From a virus, in IMG/VR virus record IMGVR_UViG_651324045_000004, positions 1 through 64,000 of that record: a DNA stretch of 64,000 nt; one strand, 5' to 3'. The first letter of the stretch is position 1. Every line of letters starts with the position of its first letter. Made by a program: the position numbers and the translations under genes. The notes beneath the pieces were generated by a model. The model saw only the letters and a list, made by a program, of their open reading frames with translations. It was not told where the DNA came from and made no database searches. Positions 1-10,777 of this stretch are shown in pieces.

Positions 1-116
1 AAAGGGCCGACCGCTAAGATTCTTATGGAATGGTGATTAAGCAAAACAAAATAATACAAGGCGAGAAAGAATATACATCAATAAGTATTTACTTATCAAG
101 GCATAATTCATCTTTT

Positions 117-983
117 TTAGAAAAAGTGACGCCCGATTACTGAGTCAATTGCCATATCAACGAATTTTGACAAATCAGCCGACTCATAAGTTGGCGACTT
201 CAGGATTTTGCCATCGGAAATTCGATATCCGATCATACCATCCCGACCTTCAGCAACACGGAATGCCAGGTCATCTTTGTCGTATTTGCACTTCGCAACC
301 AACTTCATGCGCAGTTCGGCGTCAGCCGGCCAAAGTTTCGTCATATTGCTGCGATGGACTTCGGCCACCAGATCAACGACAGGGACATTCATCAAATCCG
401 CCAGGTGATAAACCATCTGTGACGCCACGTAGATGCGATTCATTGCGCCACGCAAATCCACGGCTAAACTGGTGGAGTCTGCATACCCAGAGCGGATTTT
501 GGCCGCAATAACCTCAAGCTCTTCTGCGGCCACCCCAAACTGAGACAGCCCGAGGATGATATCTTCCTGCGGCTTTTTGCTATGAGCGTGGACGTAGCTG
601 GTGTAAATATCTTCGCTCTGTTCTTTTGTGAAGTGAGCCATGGCGTTAACCACACCGCCACGCACGCTGATCAATGTGCCAATACCAACGTATAAACCAT
701 CGGCCATAGCATCCAGAACTTTATCCATGTCCAGATGTTCAACAGCTTCGGCAGCTTCGTCTACAGCCTCTTCACGGATGAGACCAGCACGAAGCTCTAA
801 AAGCTCAGGCGTGATGTCGGCTGCGATCGGATGTTGAAATAGTTCGTGAAACTCTGACACCATCTCGCCGATTTTCATCGTAATGTCGGAGCCACCAGGG
901 TAGATCTCGTAAAGCGTGTCTATTTTTGCGCCATTTTTGGCTTCAGATTTCAGGCGAGATTTCTCTAATACTTTCTTTAACAT
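117..983 (-). CDS. MazG-like nucleoside triphosphate pyrophosphohydrolase (tandem MazG repeats). The likely true start is the internal Met (MLKKVLEK), not the ORF-track start at 1106, which would overlap nrdB.
   Basis: Two EExxE/ADL-type helical repeats (EEAVDEAAEAVEHLD...; EELEVIAAKI...HLADLM) typical of MazG/HisE-like NTP-PPases. The position next to nrdAB is consistent with nucleotide metabolism. Confidence 0.45.
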   Translation of the reverse strand: MLKKVLEKSRLKSEAKNGAKIDTLYEIYPGGSDITMKIGEMVSEFHELFQHPIAADITPELLELRAGLIREEAVDEAAEAVEHLDMDKVLDAMADGLYVGIGTLISVRGGVVNAMAHFTKEQSEDIYTSYVHAHSKKPQEDIILGLSQFGVAAEELEVIAAKIRSGYADSTSLAVDLRGAMNRIYVASQMVYHLADLMNVPVVDLVAEVHRSNMTKLWPADAELRMKLVAKCKYDKDDLAFRVAEGRDGMIGYRISDGKILKSPTYESADLSKFVDMAIDSVIGRHFF

Positions 984-1056
984 TTTTAATTCCGTGCATT
1001 TGAATGATGTGATTATTGTGACCCAGAGAGCCAGGCCACAAAATAAATCAAAAGGC

Positions 1057-2199
1057 TTACAGGTCGCCAAATCCGCCAAGCATTGATGTATCAACGGCTG
1101 CGTCAATTTGCCCCACCAGATACGAAGGGATCTCCGTTTCCTGCGGCGCCACCTGAACGTTGTCGGTGAACAGCCAGCTGTTCATCCACGGCAGCGGATC
1201 GAAAGTGACATCGTCAAACAGAGGGTTGAGATGAAGTCGCTTCATCGCCAGATTTGTGCGGTACTTCACGTACTGTTTCAGGATCTTCGCATTCAGACCA
1301 ATCATCGAGCCGTCTTTGAACAGATAATCAGCCCAACGCATTTCCTGCTCGGCCACGTCGAGCATCGTCTGGTAGACAAACGGCTCTTCTTCTTCGGCGA
1401 TCTGCTTCCACAGCAAACCTTCGCGACCATTTCGCATATTTCGCAACATGCGCTCAGTGCCTTCGCAGTGTAGCGCCTCGTCACGCGCAATCAGTCGCAT
1501 AATCTTCGCGTTGCCTTCCAGCAGCTTTCGCTCGCCAAACGCGAACGTGCAGGCAAAACTGACATAAAAACGAATCGCTTCCAGCGCGTTTACAGACACG
1601 AGAGTACGGAACAGCTGGCGTTGCATCGGGTATGGCTTCCCGTCGAACTCAGACGCGTACAGACGCTCAAATTCATCTTCCCCGAGATGCTCGCGAGCGC
1701 AGACCATTTGATAAAGCTTGTCGTACTCTGCCGATACGCTCGATGCGCGGCTGATAATCTGTTCATCAGTTACGATGCCGTCGAAAATCTCGCTTGGATC
1801 ATCAACCATGCCTCGAATGATATGGGTGTAGCTGCGGCTGTGAATGGTCTCGGAGAAGGCCCAGGTTTCAATCCACGTTTCAAGCTCCGGGATGGAAGCC
1901 AGCGGCAGCAGCGTAACGTTAGGGCTACGGCCTTGAACGCTGTCTAATAGTGTCTGGTAGCGCAGGTTACTGTTGAAGATATGCCGCTCATGATCGGCCA
2001 ATTTCGTCATGTAGTCGATTCGGTCTTGCGAGATATCCACCTCTTCCGGGCGCCAGAAGAATGACAGCTGTTTCTCGATCAGCTTCTCAAATTCACGGTA
2101 TTTCTGGATGTCATACCGTGAAACGTTGACTGAATTGCCGAGGAACATCGGCTCTTTCGTCGCGTCGTTTGCGCCGAGACGGAAAGTTGAATAAGACAT
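1057..2199 (-). CDS. nrdB: Ribonucleotide reductase class Ia small (beta) subunit
   Basis: Diiron/tyrosyl-radical motifs ([18 protein letters not shown]-terminal acidic tail). The conserved RBS CATGTGTTTCCC is at the start. Confidence 0.95.
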   Translation of the reverse strand: MSYSTFRLGANDATKEPMFLGNSVNVSRYDIQKYREFEKLIEKQLSFFWRPEEVDISQDRIDYMTKLADHERHIFNSNLRYQTLLDSVQGRSPNVTLLPLASIPELETWIETWAFSETIHSRSYTHIIRGMVDDPSEIFDGIVTDEQIISRASSVSAEYDKLYQMVCAREHLGEDEFERLYASEFDGKPYPMQRQLFRTLVSVNALEAIRFYVSFACTFAFGERKLLEGNAKIMRLIARDEALHCEGTERMLRNMRNGREGLLWKQIAEEEEPFVYQTMLDVAEQEMRWADYLFKDGSMIGLNAKILKQYVKYRTNLAMKRLHLNPLFDDVTFDPLPWMNSWLFTDNVQVAPQETEIPSYLVGQIDAAVDTSMLGGFGDL

Positions 2200-2318
2200 G
2201 TGTTTCCCTTTGTTATTTAATAAATTCTATGCCACTTCAGCTATCGATAACGCCATGATATGTGGACTTAACAGGCTCTCAAACGGAGAAGAAAGGTGGG
2301 CTTTCGCCCACCTGGTTA

Positions 2319-4658
2319 TCAAATTTTGCAAGCGCCACCGCACTCGTCTTCCTCCTCGATAAATTCGGTCGACGATGGAAGATGGGCCTGATGTGTGATC
2401 TTGTCGTCTTCGCGAGAGCCGGCACCATCGCGGGTGTTGTGGTAATAAAGCGTCTTCACACCCATGCGATACGCATCCAACAAATCAGTCAGCATCTTTT
2501 GCATTGGCACGCGACCGGAAGCAAAGCGCGCCGGGTCATAGTTGGTATTGGCAGAAATAGACTGGTCGATGAACTTCTGCATGATCGCTACTTTTGTCAG
2601 ATAGCCAAAGTTATCCTCGATGTCCCACAGGTACTCGTAAGCGTCGCCGATGCGAGAAAATTCCGGCACGACCATCTTCACAACACCATCTTTGGACGAC
2701 TTCACGGATACCGGGCCACGCGGTGGCTCAATGCCATTGGTGGAGTTGGTGATCTGACTGGACGTCTCGCAAGGCATTTGGGCGGACAGAGTGGAGTTGC
2801 GTAGACCGTATCGCTCAATATCTTTTCGCAACCCATCCCAATCCAGAAGAAGAGGGTGGTTGGCATTCAGTTCTGAGGCGTCCAGCTGCTTGCGGTAGTG
2901 ATCGATAGGCAGCAAGCCTTTCGCATATTTCGTCTGACCAAACCATTCACATGCTCCCTTATCTGATGCAAGCAGGTTACTGGCCTTCAGCAAATAGAAC
3001 TGAACCGCTTCAAATGTTTCGTGAACCAGTTTGTTTCCATCAACGCCGGAATACTTCGCGCCGTTCTTAGCCAGCCAGTAAGCGAAGTTGGTTACACCAA
3101 TCCCTAAGCTACGACGCGCCTTGGCTGGTGTTTCCGCTGCAAACATCGGATAGTCCTGATAATCAAGCAGACAGTCCAGCGCAGAGACAGCGTAGAAGGC
3201 TACTTCTTCCAGATCTGCCAGAGACTCAAGGGCGCCAAGATTGAATGCGGACAGAGTACACAGCGCGATTTCGCCGTTCGGATCGTCAGTAAATGCCAGC
3301 GGCTTAGTCGGCAGGGCAATTTCGGCGCAAAGGTTCGATTGCTTAATGGGTGCCACAGCCTCATCAAAAGCGCCATGCGTATTCATATGGTCGATGTTGG
3401 CGATGTAGATGCGACCGGTCGATGCACGTTCCTGCATAAGCGAAGAGAACAGATCCACTGCAGGCACAGACTCTTTGCGGATTGACGGGTCATTTTCGTA
3501 CTGAACATACAGACGCTCAAACTCATCCTGGTCAGCATAGAAGGCATTCAGAAGACCGGGGACATCGTGAGGGCTAAACAGCGTGATAGCCCCACCCTCG
3601 ATCAAACGACGGTACATTAAGCGGTTCAATTCAACACCGTAGTCCATGTGACGCACGCGGTTACTGTCAACGCCGCGGTTGTTCTTCAGTACCAGCAGAC
3701 TATTTGCTTCCAGGTGCCACAGTGGATAGTAAGCCGTTGCCGCCCCGCCACGGACACCGCCTTGAGAGCAGGACTTCACTGCCGCCTGAAACAGCTTCAG
3801 GAACGGAATAACACCCGTATGGGTCGCTTCACCGTTGCGAATAGGACTACCCAGCGCACGGATGGAACCGAAGTTAACGCCAATGCCGGCACGCTGGGAG
3901 ATGTACTCCACAATGGCCGAGGTCGTTGCGTTGATGGACTTCAGTGAATCACCGGACTCGATCAGAACGCAGCTTGAGAACTGGCGAGTAGGGGTGCGAA
4001 CGCCAGCCATGATCGGGGTGGGCAATGACAGCTTGAACGTACTGGTTACGTCATAGAAACCTTTGACCATTTCCAGACGGGTTTTGCCCATATCGCCATT
4101 ATTCCAGTCCTGATATAGACACATGCCCACCAGCATGTAGATATGTTGAGGTGACTCATAAATTTCCCCGTTTACTCGATGTTGTACCAAATATTTGCCG
4201 CGCAGCTGGGTCGTTGCTGCATAGCCGAAATTATCGTCACGTTCAGGTTTCATGTACGCGCCCAGCTCGTCGATCTCTTCGCAGCTGTATTTATGCATGA
4301 TTTCGCTATCATAAACGCCGCGAGTAACGTTCTTCAGGATGTGCTCGTAGAAGTCCGGGTATTCGTATTGGCCGTGAGCATCTTTGCGAATTTTGAAAAT
4401 ACTCAGACGCGCTGCAACCTGGCTGTAGTTAGGGGAGTCGGCACTGATAAGATCGGCGGCAGCTTTGATTAGAGCGTCGTGTACCTGGCTAGTCGTCATA
4501 CCGTCAACGATACTCGCCGCGGCCCCCATGGCGACGGCAGAGGCGCTTACGCCATCAACGCCGTCCGTTGCCCACATAACGACGCGGTTATACTTCTCTT
4601 CAGACAGTGCTTCGGCACTGCCATTCCGTTTGATGATTCGAATCATGTTGTTGTCCAA
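2319..4658 (-). CDS. nrdA: Ribonucleotide reductase class Ia large (alpha) subunit with N-terminal ATP-cone
   Basis: 779 aa. Active-site signatures NLCAEIALPT and CVLIESGDSL, and a C-terminal Cys pair (EDECGGACKI). Confidence 0.95.
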   Translation of the reverse strand: MDNNMIRIIKRNGSAEALSEEKYNRVVMWATDGVDGVSASAVAMGAAASIVDGMTTSQVHDALIKAAADLISADSPNYSQVAARLSIFKIRKDAHGQYEYPDFYEHILKNVTRGVYDSEIMHKYSCEEIDELGAYMKPERDDNFGYAATTQLRGKYLVQHRVNGEIYESPQHIYMLVGMCLYQDWNNGDMGKTRLEMVKGFYDVTSTFKLSLPTPIMAGVRTPTRQFSSCVLIESGDSLKSINATTSAIVEYISQRAGIGVNFGSIRALGSPIRNGEATHTGVIPFLKLFQAAVKSCSQGGVRGGAATAYYPLWHLEANSLLVLKNNRGVDSNRVRHMDYGVELNRLMYRRLIEGGAITLFSPHDVPGLLNAFYADQDEFERLYVQYENDPSIRKESVPAVDLFSSLMQERASTGRIYIANIDHMNTHGAFDEAVAPIKQSNLCAEIALPTKPLAFTDDPNGEIALCTLSAFNLGALESLADLEEVAFYAVSALDCLLDYQDYPMFAAETPAKARRSLGIGVTNFAYWLAKNGAKYSGVDGNKLVHETFEAVQFYLLKASNLLASDKGACEWFGQTKYAKGLLPIDHYRKQLDASELNANHPLLLDWDGLRKDIERYGLRNSTLSAQMPCETSSQITNSTNGIEPPRGPVSVKSSKDGVVKMVVPEFSRIGDAYEYLWDIEDNFGYLTKVAIMQKFIDQSISANTNYDPARFASGRVPMQKMLTDLLDAYRMGVKTLYYHNTRDGAGSREDDKITHQAHLPSSTEFIEEEDECGGACKI

Positions 4659-4726
4659 AAGAAAAAAGCCACTAAATGTAGTGGCCTATAGTAATAAGTA
4701 AATGTTTACTTATCAATGAAGCAAAC

Positions 4727-5299
4727 TTAAAAGAATGCTCTCATCATAGAAACAGCTTGGCGGTATTGATCTGTTTCCAGTCCGGTGTAAACAGCAGCCA
4801 ATGCGTCAGCCGGGTGCTCGTTTTTACTGACAATGCTCACTTCACCTTTAACCTTCTTCGTAAACCAGCCAGCATCCGGGTGTTTAGATACTGCCCACTC
4901 AATGATGGTATTTTTGGAGGTGTCTTTTTTTCCGCCGATATGCATTTTGATGTCATTTGGTGTCAACTGAATAATAGGTTTATCGATACACGCCAGAACA
5001 CCGAGGCACAGGCCGTAGGATGTTTGGGCGCGGGAGGACTGGCTACCCACTGGCAGCTCCGCAAACACGATATTTACGCTATCAACGATGGGCTTAATGC
5101 CGCGCCAGATTTCGTTTGCTCGACGCAGATCGTCGCTATTGGTTCGAACAGTTTTTTTTGCTGAAGTTGCCTCTGTTTCAATCAGTTTAATTGACACGTC
5201 GGTCACTTCAGCAGTATCCAGATTCAGCGAACCAGTGACGATCCCAAAGTTACGCAGACTTGGGTCAAACCCTGCGAATTTAATAATTTTATTACTCAT
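4727..5299 (-). CDS. RuvC-like Holliday junction resolvase
   Basis: N-terminal FAGFDPSLRNFGIVTG (RuvC catalytic Asp motif) and C-terminal HPADALAAVYTG (RuvC HxxDA motif). Conserved RBS present. Confidence 0.7.
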   Translation of the reverse strand: MSNKIIKFAGFDPSLRNFGIVTGSLNLDTAEVTDVSIKLIETEATSAKKTVRTNSDDLRRANEIWRGIKPIVDSVNIVFAELPVGSQSSRAQTSYGLCLGVLACIDKPIIQLTPNDIKMHIGGKKDTSKNTIIEWAVSKHPDAGWFTKKVKGEVSIVSKNEHPADALAAVYTGLETDQYRQAVSMMRAFF

Positions 5300-5315
5300 G
5301 TGCTTTCCTTTGTTG

Positions 5316-6014
5316 TTACCACGTTCCCCAAATGGGGTTAGCTTTGCGAAGCTCTATCACCTCGCTAAATTCATCAAGTTCGCATCCCGATGCCTGAATC
5401 TCTGAGAAACCGGCAATGACATCGGGCCACATTTCAGCGATGCAAACGGCCAGTTTTTTCATAGTTTCACTGGCGTACTGAAGGCTCTCTTTTGCGTCAT
5501 CTGGGACGGCAGTCGACACGATGAAACCTGTTTCAACTTTGTCATCGAAGCGTATGCCGAAGTGAAGAACACCATCGCCAATCAGCGTTACCGGCATTTC
5601 CACCTTCGAAAATGCCTTTGATTTATGTCGTTGCCCAAATCGAGCCATGTCATTCTGAACGCGACGAACAGCCATCCTCGCGCTCATATGCTGGATACGG
5701 TCAGACAAATGGGCAGACTTCACCTGGTTAAAAACAATATCAGTATCTTCCTTGCTCGAAACGATTATGCCGCCACCCATATGATCGGCACCAAATACAT
5801 TCCCCATGTAGACAAGCGCTGAATCACCTATCCACTGAGCATCAAACAAGGCTTCGCTTGCCTCAATAATGCGCTGGCGTGTCAGCTCGTCTTTGTAATG
5901 GCTTGTGAAAGAGCCAAAATCTACAATACCGCCAAAGCGCATAGCCATTACCCGCGCTGCAGCAACGCAGGTAACGATCTGACCAAACTGATTGCCAGTC
6001 GGATTAAACGACAT
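5316..6014 (-). CDS. hypothetical protein
   Basis: 232-aa ORF sitting between the resolvase and the SbcC-like gene, with a start overlap to sbcC. No recognisable motif. Confidence 0.5.
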   Translation of the reverse strand: MSFNPTGNQFGQIVTCVAAARVMAMRFGGIVDFGSFTSHYKDELTRQRIIEASEALFDAQWIGDSALVYMGNVFGADHMGGGIIVSSKEDTDIVFNQVKSAHLSDRIQHMSARMAVRRVQNDMARFGQRHKSKAFSKVEMPVTLIGDGVLHFGIRFDDKVETGFIVSTAVPDDAKESLQYASETMKKLAVCIAEMWPDVIAGFSEIQASGCELDEFSEVIELRKANPIWGTW

Positions 6015-7920
6015 AGCTGCGACCCTCTTTGATCTCCAGCGTCACCGTTTCGCGGAACCACGACTTCATCTCCTTGTGCGAGACAATCATCACCGTGCCA
6101 CGCTCACGTGCCTTCGCCTCCAGAATCCCCATTAGACGCTCAAGTCCTGCCGAATCCAGCGCATCGTCGATCTCATCGCCGATAAACAACTGAATGCTTT
6201 TGCTGGCCCGGTTCGCGACCATATCCTGAAGCGCCAGCGCACAAGCCAGACGCACTTTCCGCTTTTCACCACCGGACAGACCACGGAAGTCTTTGCTGAA
6301 CCCAGCCTTCTCAACGGCAATGTTGAACTTGTCGCGGATCTCTCCTTTCTTCGTGGTGTCCATCGTTGACCATACCGCAGAGATATTGCCATCCGACATC
6401 GTACTCAGGTACTCCGCCGTTCTGTCGTTCAGGAATGGTGTTACTGCCGTCAGAATGTGCGAGCGAACGCCGGATGGGGAGTAAATCTGACGTGCCTTCT
6501 CAAGCAAAAGCGCCTGATCTTTCATCCCTTCGATTTCGCGTCGGATCTCTTTCAGCTTCTCTTTGTGGATTGCCAGATTTTCGCGATGACGGGAAATGGC
6601 TGCATTGTGAGGGTTAACTTCTTCCGAGATCGCTTTCACTTGTGCGTTTGCGCGAGCCAGAGCACTCTCTGCCGCTTTTATTTCGACTTGCCGTGACTTT
6701 ACGTTACCCAGACTGCGGGTAAGCTCAGAAATGCGCTCAGTGATTGCGGAGACGTCGGGGGTCGAGGCGACAAGACGATCACGCAGCACGACGATTTTAT
6801 CGTGACGCTCCGTTTTGGCCGCTAAATCCGCTGTTAGTGATTTAGCTTCGTCTACATACTTACGGACTTCGCCGACGTAGTTGTCATGAACGTGAGACAG
6901 ATCACCGCTAGTGTATGGCTTACCGCACGTCGAGCATGGCTTGCCTACGCTTGAATTGACATTATCCGCATTCAGCTTGGCTTTTTTTGCTGCGCTAACG
7001 GCTCTGTCGCGGGCTGATTCAGTCGCTCGGATCTCCGCCGCTGCATCAGCCACCATTGTGTTCGCTGCCTGAACTTTCTTATCATGTTCAGCCCTGCCGG
7101 AAAGCTTTTTCTTTTCATCCGTGATTTGGTTCTCAATTTTGTTGATGGTGGCCGGGATGTCGGCCATTTCCATGCTGGCCTCCGTTACCTTGACTTCGAT
7201 CAGCGTCGCTTCGGCTCGTGCTTCATCGAGCCTAACGGAACGTGTTCTCTCCCACGCCTCGGCAGCGGCTGTACTGGTCTCAATCTCCGTCTCTGTTGAA
7301 GTGATAAGCGATACTGTGCTTTCAGCCTGAGCGTTGGCTCTGTCGAGTCGAGCGCTCATCGCATTAGCTCTGTCGCGGGCGATAGCATAAGCCTTTGTCA
7401 GACGGTCGATGCCAGCTGCTTCTTCAACAATCGCCTTCAGGTTTTTATCCGTCATACCTGGCAAATCCGGCATGGCTTCCTGACTGGCATAGATGGATGC
7501 CATGAATACTTCTTTCGAAGAGCCGATCAGCCGCTCAACCAGTTCCTGAGTCAGCGTGTCCTTGCCTTTGGTCAAATCACCGTCTTCACTGCGGACAATG
7601 AGACGATTTTTGAATTCTTTGTGAGCACGGTGACGAATTACCGCATATTGCTTACCTTCGTCTTCAATGGTCACGGAAACGCGGCAGTTCTTTGGCGTCG
7701 TTGAGTTTAGAACGTCATCGCCCTTGTATCCAGTGGCTGTTTCCCCGTACAAACACCACATCAAAGCATTCATCAGCGTTGATTTGCCGGCGCCATTACT
7801 CGCTGCACTGGAGTCCGCGGCGTTAATGCCCTGAATCAGAACCAAGCCTCGGCTATCCAAATCAACGCTGGCCTCAGCAATGACCATAAAGTTTTCAACT
7901 TTCAGATTTAGGAATTTCAT
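6004..7920 (-). CDS. SbcC/Rad50-like recombination ATPase (T4 gp46-like)
   Basis: Walker A GAGKSTLMNALMWCLYG, long coiled coil with CxxC zinc-hook-like CSTCGKP, ABC signature LSGGEKRKVRLACALAL, Walker B/D-loop LFIGDEIDDALD. Confidence 0.85.
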   Translation of the reverse strand: MKFLNLKVENFMVIAEASVDLDSRGLVLIQGINAADSSAASNGAGKSTLMNALMWCLYGETATGYKGDDVLNSTTPKNCRVSVTIEDEGKQYAVIRHRAHKEFKNRLIVRSEDGDLTKGKDTLTQELVERLIGSSKEVFMASIYASQEAMPDLPGMTDKNLKAIVEEAAGIDRLTKAYAIARDRANAMSARLDRANAQAESTVSLITSTETEIETSTAAAEAWERTRSVRLDEARAEATLIEVKVTEASMEMADIPATINKIENQITDEKKKLSGRAEHDKKVQAANTMVADAAAEIRATESARDRAVSAAKKAKLNADNVNSSVGKPCSTCGKPYTSGDLSHVHDNYVGEVRKYVDEAKSLTADLAAKTERHDKIVVLRDRLVASTPDVSAITERISELTRSLGNVKSRQVEIKAAESALARANAQVKAISEEVNPHNAAISRHRENLAIHKEKLKEIRREIEGMKDQALLLEKARQIYSPSGVRSHILTAVTPFLNDRTAEYLSTMSDGNISAVWSTMDTTKKGEIRDKFNIAVEKAGFSKDFRGLSGGEKRKVRLACALALQDMVANRASKSIQLFIGDEIDDALDSAGLERLMGILEAKARERGTVMIVSHKEMKSWFRETVTLEIKEGRSYVV

Positions 7921-9002
7921 TCAGACGTCCCCGCGCTTTCCGCTTCTAATAGGATTTCGTTGCATAGTGAGTCGAGCTTAGCCAGATCGAAGCCGCCATC
8001 CGTATCGTGGACAACCTTGCAGTAGGCACTGATTGATTCAGAGAGACTGTCGATTTTGCTGGTGGATTCGGTGCTTGCAGTTCCAGCCATCATCGACGCT
8101 TTTTTGATGAGATTTGTCACAACACCCACGGCACCCAGCGTTGCCAGTTGCTCTTTTATTTGCACTGCCTCGGCGTCGTTCTCAATGACTGCGCGATAGC
8201 GAACATAATTGCCGCGAATGTCGTCTTCAGTCACATCGCCTTCCAGAGATACAAACTTCGGTGCCGATGTTTCGTGCTGCGTGAATGAACCGTCTTCCTG
8301 AACCAACATAAACCCGGCCAACGTACCAACGTCGCCCCAATTCTGGTGGGTTAACGCACCGACTGACACGACACCAGGGATTATCTCTTTGTGATTGTGA
8401 TAGTGGCCGGAAAGAACCAGACGGAAGCCGAGTTCCTTCAGATCGTTTGCCTCAATCCCTGCGTCTGGCATTGTCGGTATGGCTTTGTTGATGCCTGTGT
8501 GGATCACAATGTCGTGAATGCCTGGGCCAGCTTTCTCACGAAGAGATTTCATATCCGCCAGCAATTCGGCATGACTGTTACGCCAGCTGATAAAGTGGAC
8601 TGTTACATCATCAATTTTCACGCTCTGTGCCGGGCCACAGACGATATTTACGCCAATCGACTGCAATGATGCCGCCGCATTTGCCGAAAATACTGAGTCA
8701 TTGGTTTCCAGGTCGTGGTTGCCGGCCAGCATCCAGACTTCCAGACCGATTTCGTTAACAATGGTTTTGTACGTTTCAGTGACGAAGTGGAGCACGGAAG
8801 GGGTGATTGAGCCGCGCGTATGGAATGTGTCGCCAGCAACAAACATGTATTTTGCGCCAGAAGCTTTGATCGCTTTTGCCGCCTCGATGGTTGCATCGAG
8901 CTGAATTTTTAAACGAGAATTCAGACCGCTGACGCTGATTGTCGAGAACGCAGACCAGCTATGATAGTGTGGGTCTGAAATCACACCGTATATCGTTTTC
9001 AT
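7917..9002 (-). CDS. SbcD/Mre11-like nuclease (T4 gp47-like)
   Basis: Calcineurin-like phosphoesterase motifs (FVAGDTFH, GNHD, SGHYHN). ATGA start/stop overlap with the SbcC-like gene. Confidence 0.9.
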   Translation of the reverse strand: MKTIYGVISDPHYHSWSAFSTISVSGLNSRLKIQLDATIEAAKAIKASGAKYMFVAGDTFHTRGSITPSVLHFVTETYKTIVNEIGLEVWMLAGNHDLETNDSVFSANAAASLQSIGVNIVCGPAQSVKIDDVTVHFISWRNSHAELLADMKSLREKAGPGIHDIVIHTGINKAIPTMPDAGIEANDLKELGFRLVLSGHYHNHKEIIPGVVSVGALTHQNWGDVGTLAGFMLVQEDGSFTQHETSAPKFVSLEGDVTEDDIRGNYVRYRAVIENDAEAVQIKEQLATLGAVGVVTNLIKKASMMAGTASTESTSKIDSLSESISAYCKVVHDTDGGFDLAKLDSLCNEILLEAESAGTSE

Positions 9003-9210
9003 GTGTTTTCCTGTTGTTGTTTTATTCGATGATAGAGTGGGTTAACAGGCCACCAAGCGACTTCATCAGGTGCATATTAAACACCAACAATAAGTAACCA
9101 CTTATTTATCTAAGAGCATGATACCGAAGTGCGATAGGCTATGCTATATCTTTTGAGAGGGGGAGGTATGGCAAGGAGGTGGGTAGTCTATTGGCTACCC
9201 AGTTTGAATT

Positions 9211-9591
9211 TTAACCTCTGTGGATAATAGCTTCGTTGAGGTGGTGGATAACGCTATCGATGTAGCTTTTATCCGTACTGGTTAAGGCTTGGGACTCACC
9301 AGAAGCGCTATTTAAAAAGACAAGATATTCTGTTTTGAGGCCCTTGAACCAGAAGATGGCAAAGAGAACGACCAGTACACCGATTGCTTTAAACATCAGC
9401 GTAGCTGCTAAGAAAATCATTAAGATACCAATGATGCCAGTAATAATTGGGCCAACCTTGGATGGAATCTTTTCTCCGCGCTTTACTGACGTAACACCAT
9501 GCATAGCGTAAGTCGTGCTGCCTACCATAAAACGAGCGTTAGTGATACTCACATTACCATTACGATAAAACTCTATTTCTTTATCTTCCAT
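9211..9591 (-). CDS. hypothetical membrane protein
   Basis: 126 aa with two adjacent hydrophobic helices (PIITGIIGILMIFLAATLMFKAIGVLVVLFAIFWF). Confidence 0.5.
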   Translation of the reverse strand: MEDKEIEFYRNGNVSITNARFMVGSTTYAMHGVTSVKRGEKIPSKVGPIITGIIGILMIFLAATLMFKAIGVLVVLFAIFWFKGLKTEYLVFLNSASGESQALTSTDKSYIDSVIHHLNEAIIHRG

Positions 9592-9813
9592 TGTTTATAC
9601 CTATGTGCATACATGTACATTAGAAACAAATTGTAATTGTATTACGATAATAAGTGAATTTTTAAGATGTGCAATGTATGCCGTTGTTTTTTTGAAGATA
9701 CACAATAAGAAAGCCCCTAAAACGCTCCCCTGAGAGATTTAGTGGTTACTTTGGGCGAGTTGGGGGTTAGAGAGAAGGCCCCTCAGAATAGCGGAGGGGC
9801 TGAATATGCGCGG

Positions 9814-10461
9814 TTAAATCTTCTCTTCGAATCTACGTCTTAACTCATCGAGACTCACGACGTTATCTGGCGGGGTGACGTCCTCCATCATTCGAATTTC
9901 TTCTTCGGTGTGATATTCCCAATCGTGCTCGTGCTTTAGACTCTTCAGGTAGATTACCGTCAGCAAGCTGTCTTCTTTCAGGAAGTGGCCGTATGACTTT
10001 TGGATAACGGTTTTTACCTCGTCCTGAGTTTTTCCGCCGAGACATAGATGGTTGAACCTGGCGTTTATCTTGAGCATTTTGTCGACGGGGCCAGAGAACA
10101 CCTTTGCGACGCGCGCAAAGCGTATGATCTCACCGTTCTCAGCACCAACCAGGCAAACAATAGAATTTTCACTAACGCGGTTGACCCAGGTTACGCCGCT
10201 GCGCATTGTGTTGAAGTATGCCTCCTTTAAACCAAGATAAGGTTTTCTGAAGGAGATGAGCGGGACGTATCGTTTGCATGTATTGATTTCAAATGACGCT
10301 CCCTGTTCCAGCAGTGATGCCCGAGTCTTGTAGATCGGGCAGGCGGTTTTGATGCCGCAAACCTCACACATGTCCCTGGAAGCAACCAGTTTAGAGTCAG
10401 GCTTGATGGTGTAAGTCCCATCTTCAAGTCTTCTGATGTAACGCGACTGTTTGATATTCAT
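9814..10461 (-). CDS. hypothetical protein
   Basis: 215-aa ORF. A hairpin/terminator-like element lies downstream (9777-9805). Confidence 0.5.
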   Translation of the reverse strand: MNIKQSRYIRRLEDGTYTIKPDSKLVASRDMCEVCGIKTACPIYKTRASLLEQGASFEINTCKRYVPLISFRKPYLGLKEAYFNTMRSGVTWVNRVSENSIVCLVGAENGEIIRFARVAKVFSGPVDKMLKINARFNHLCLGGKTQDEVKTVIQKSYGHFLKEDSLLTVIYLKSLKHEHDWEYHTEEEIRMMEDVTPPDNVVSLDELRRRFEEKI

Positions 10462-10534
10462 TTGATGCTTGGCCTTGTATTTTTTATCACATTAAACCAA
10501 AAACAAGGCTCACGTACTAAAATGCCTTGAAAAG

Positions 10535-10615
10535 TTATCCACATATCAACTGGATAGATCCCAATAATAAGATCCCTATATAGATCATACATTAGATCAA
10601 AAGAGATCCCCGATC
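10535..10615. promoter_or_regulatory. Replication-origin control region: consensus DnaA box (TTATCCACA, 10535-10543) followed by six GATC (Dam) sites within 59 bp
   Basis: Read directly from the sequence. This is the same architecture as the P1 oriR and oriC methylation-sensitive origins, immediately upstream of the iterons and repA. Confidence 0.7.
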
Positions 10616-10656
10616 CTCGCAACCCGCGCCACGCCTGCTCTGAAAGACCATTGGCG

Positions 10657-10756
10657 TATGCTGTCAGCGGAAAAATATATGCTGCGAGCGGCGTGCGATA
10701 TGCTGTGGACTGTTTTGTGTATGCTGCTAACGGTAAATGAAGTATGCTACCAGCGG
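10657..10756. repeat. Five direct 14-bp iterons (consensus TATGCTGYCAGCGG, about 20-bp periodicity) upstream of repA (origin iterons)
   Basis: Copies at about 10657, 10678, 10699, 10719 and 10743. Confidence 0.8.
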
Positions 10757-10777
10757 TTTAAGCAATGAGGTGTCCAC

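Noticed and set aside
149-837. Plus-strand ORFs (149-511, 208-408, 640-837) inside the MazG-like gene
   Set aside because: They are antisense to a gene with recognisable motifs, have no RBS and no homology signal. They are typical shadow ORFs.
4675-4700. Hairpin plus T-tract between the putative promoter and nrdA, considered as an NrdR box
   Set aside because: NrdR boxes are paired 16-bp palindromes of a different consensus. This is more likely an attenuator or terminator hairpin. It is kept only as part of the promoter finding.
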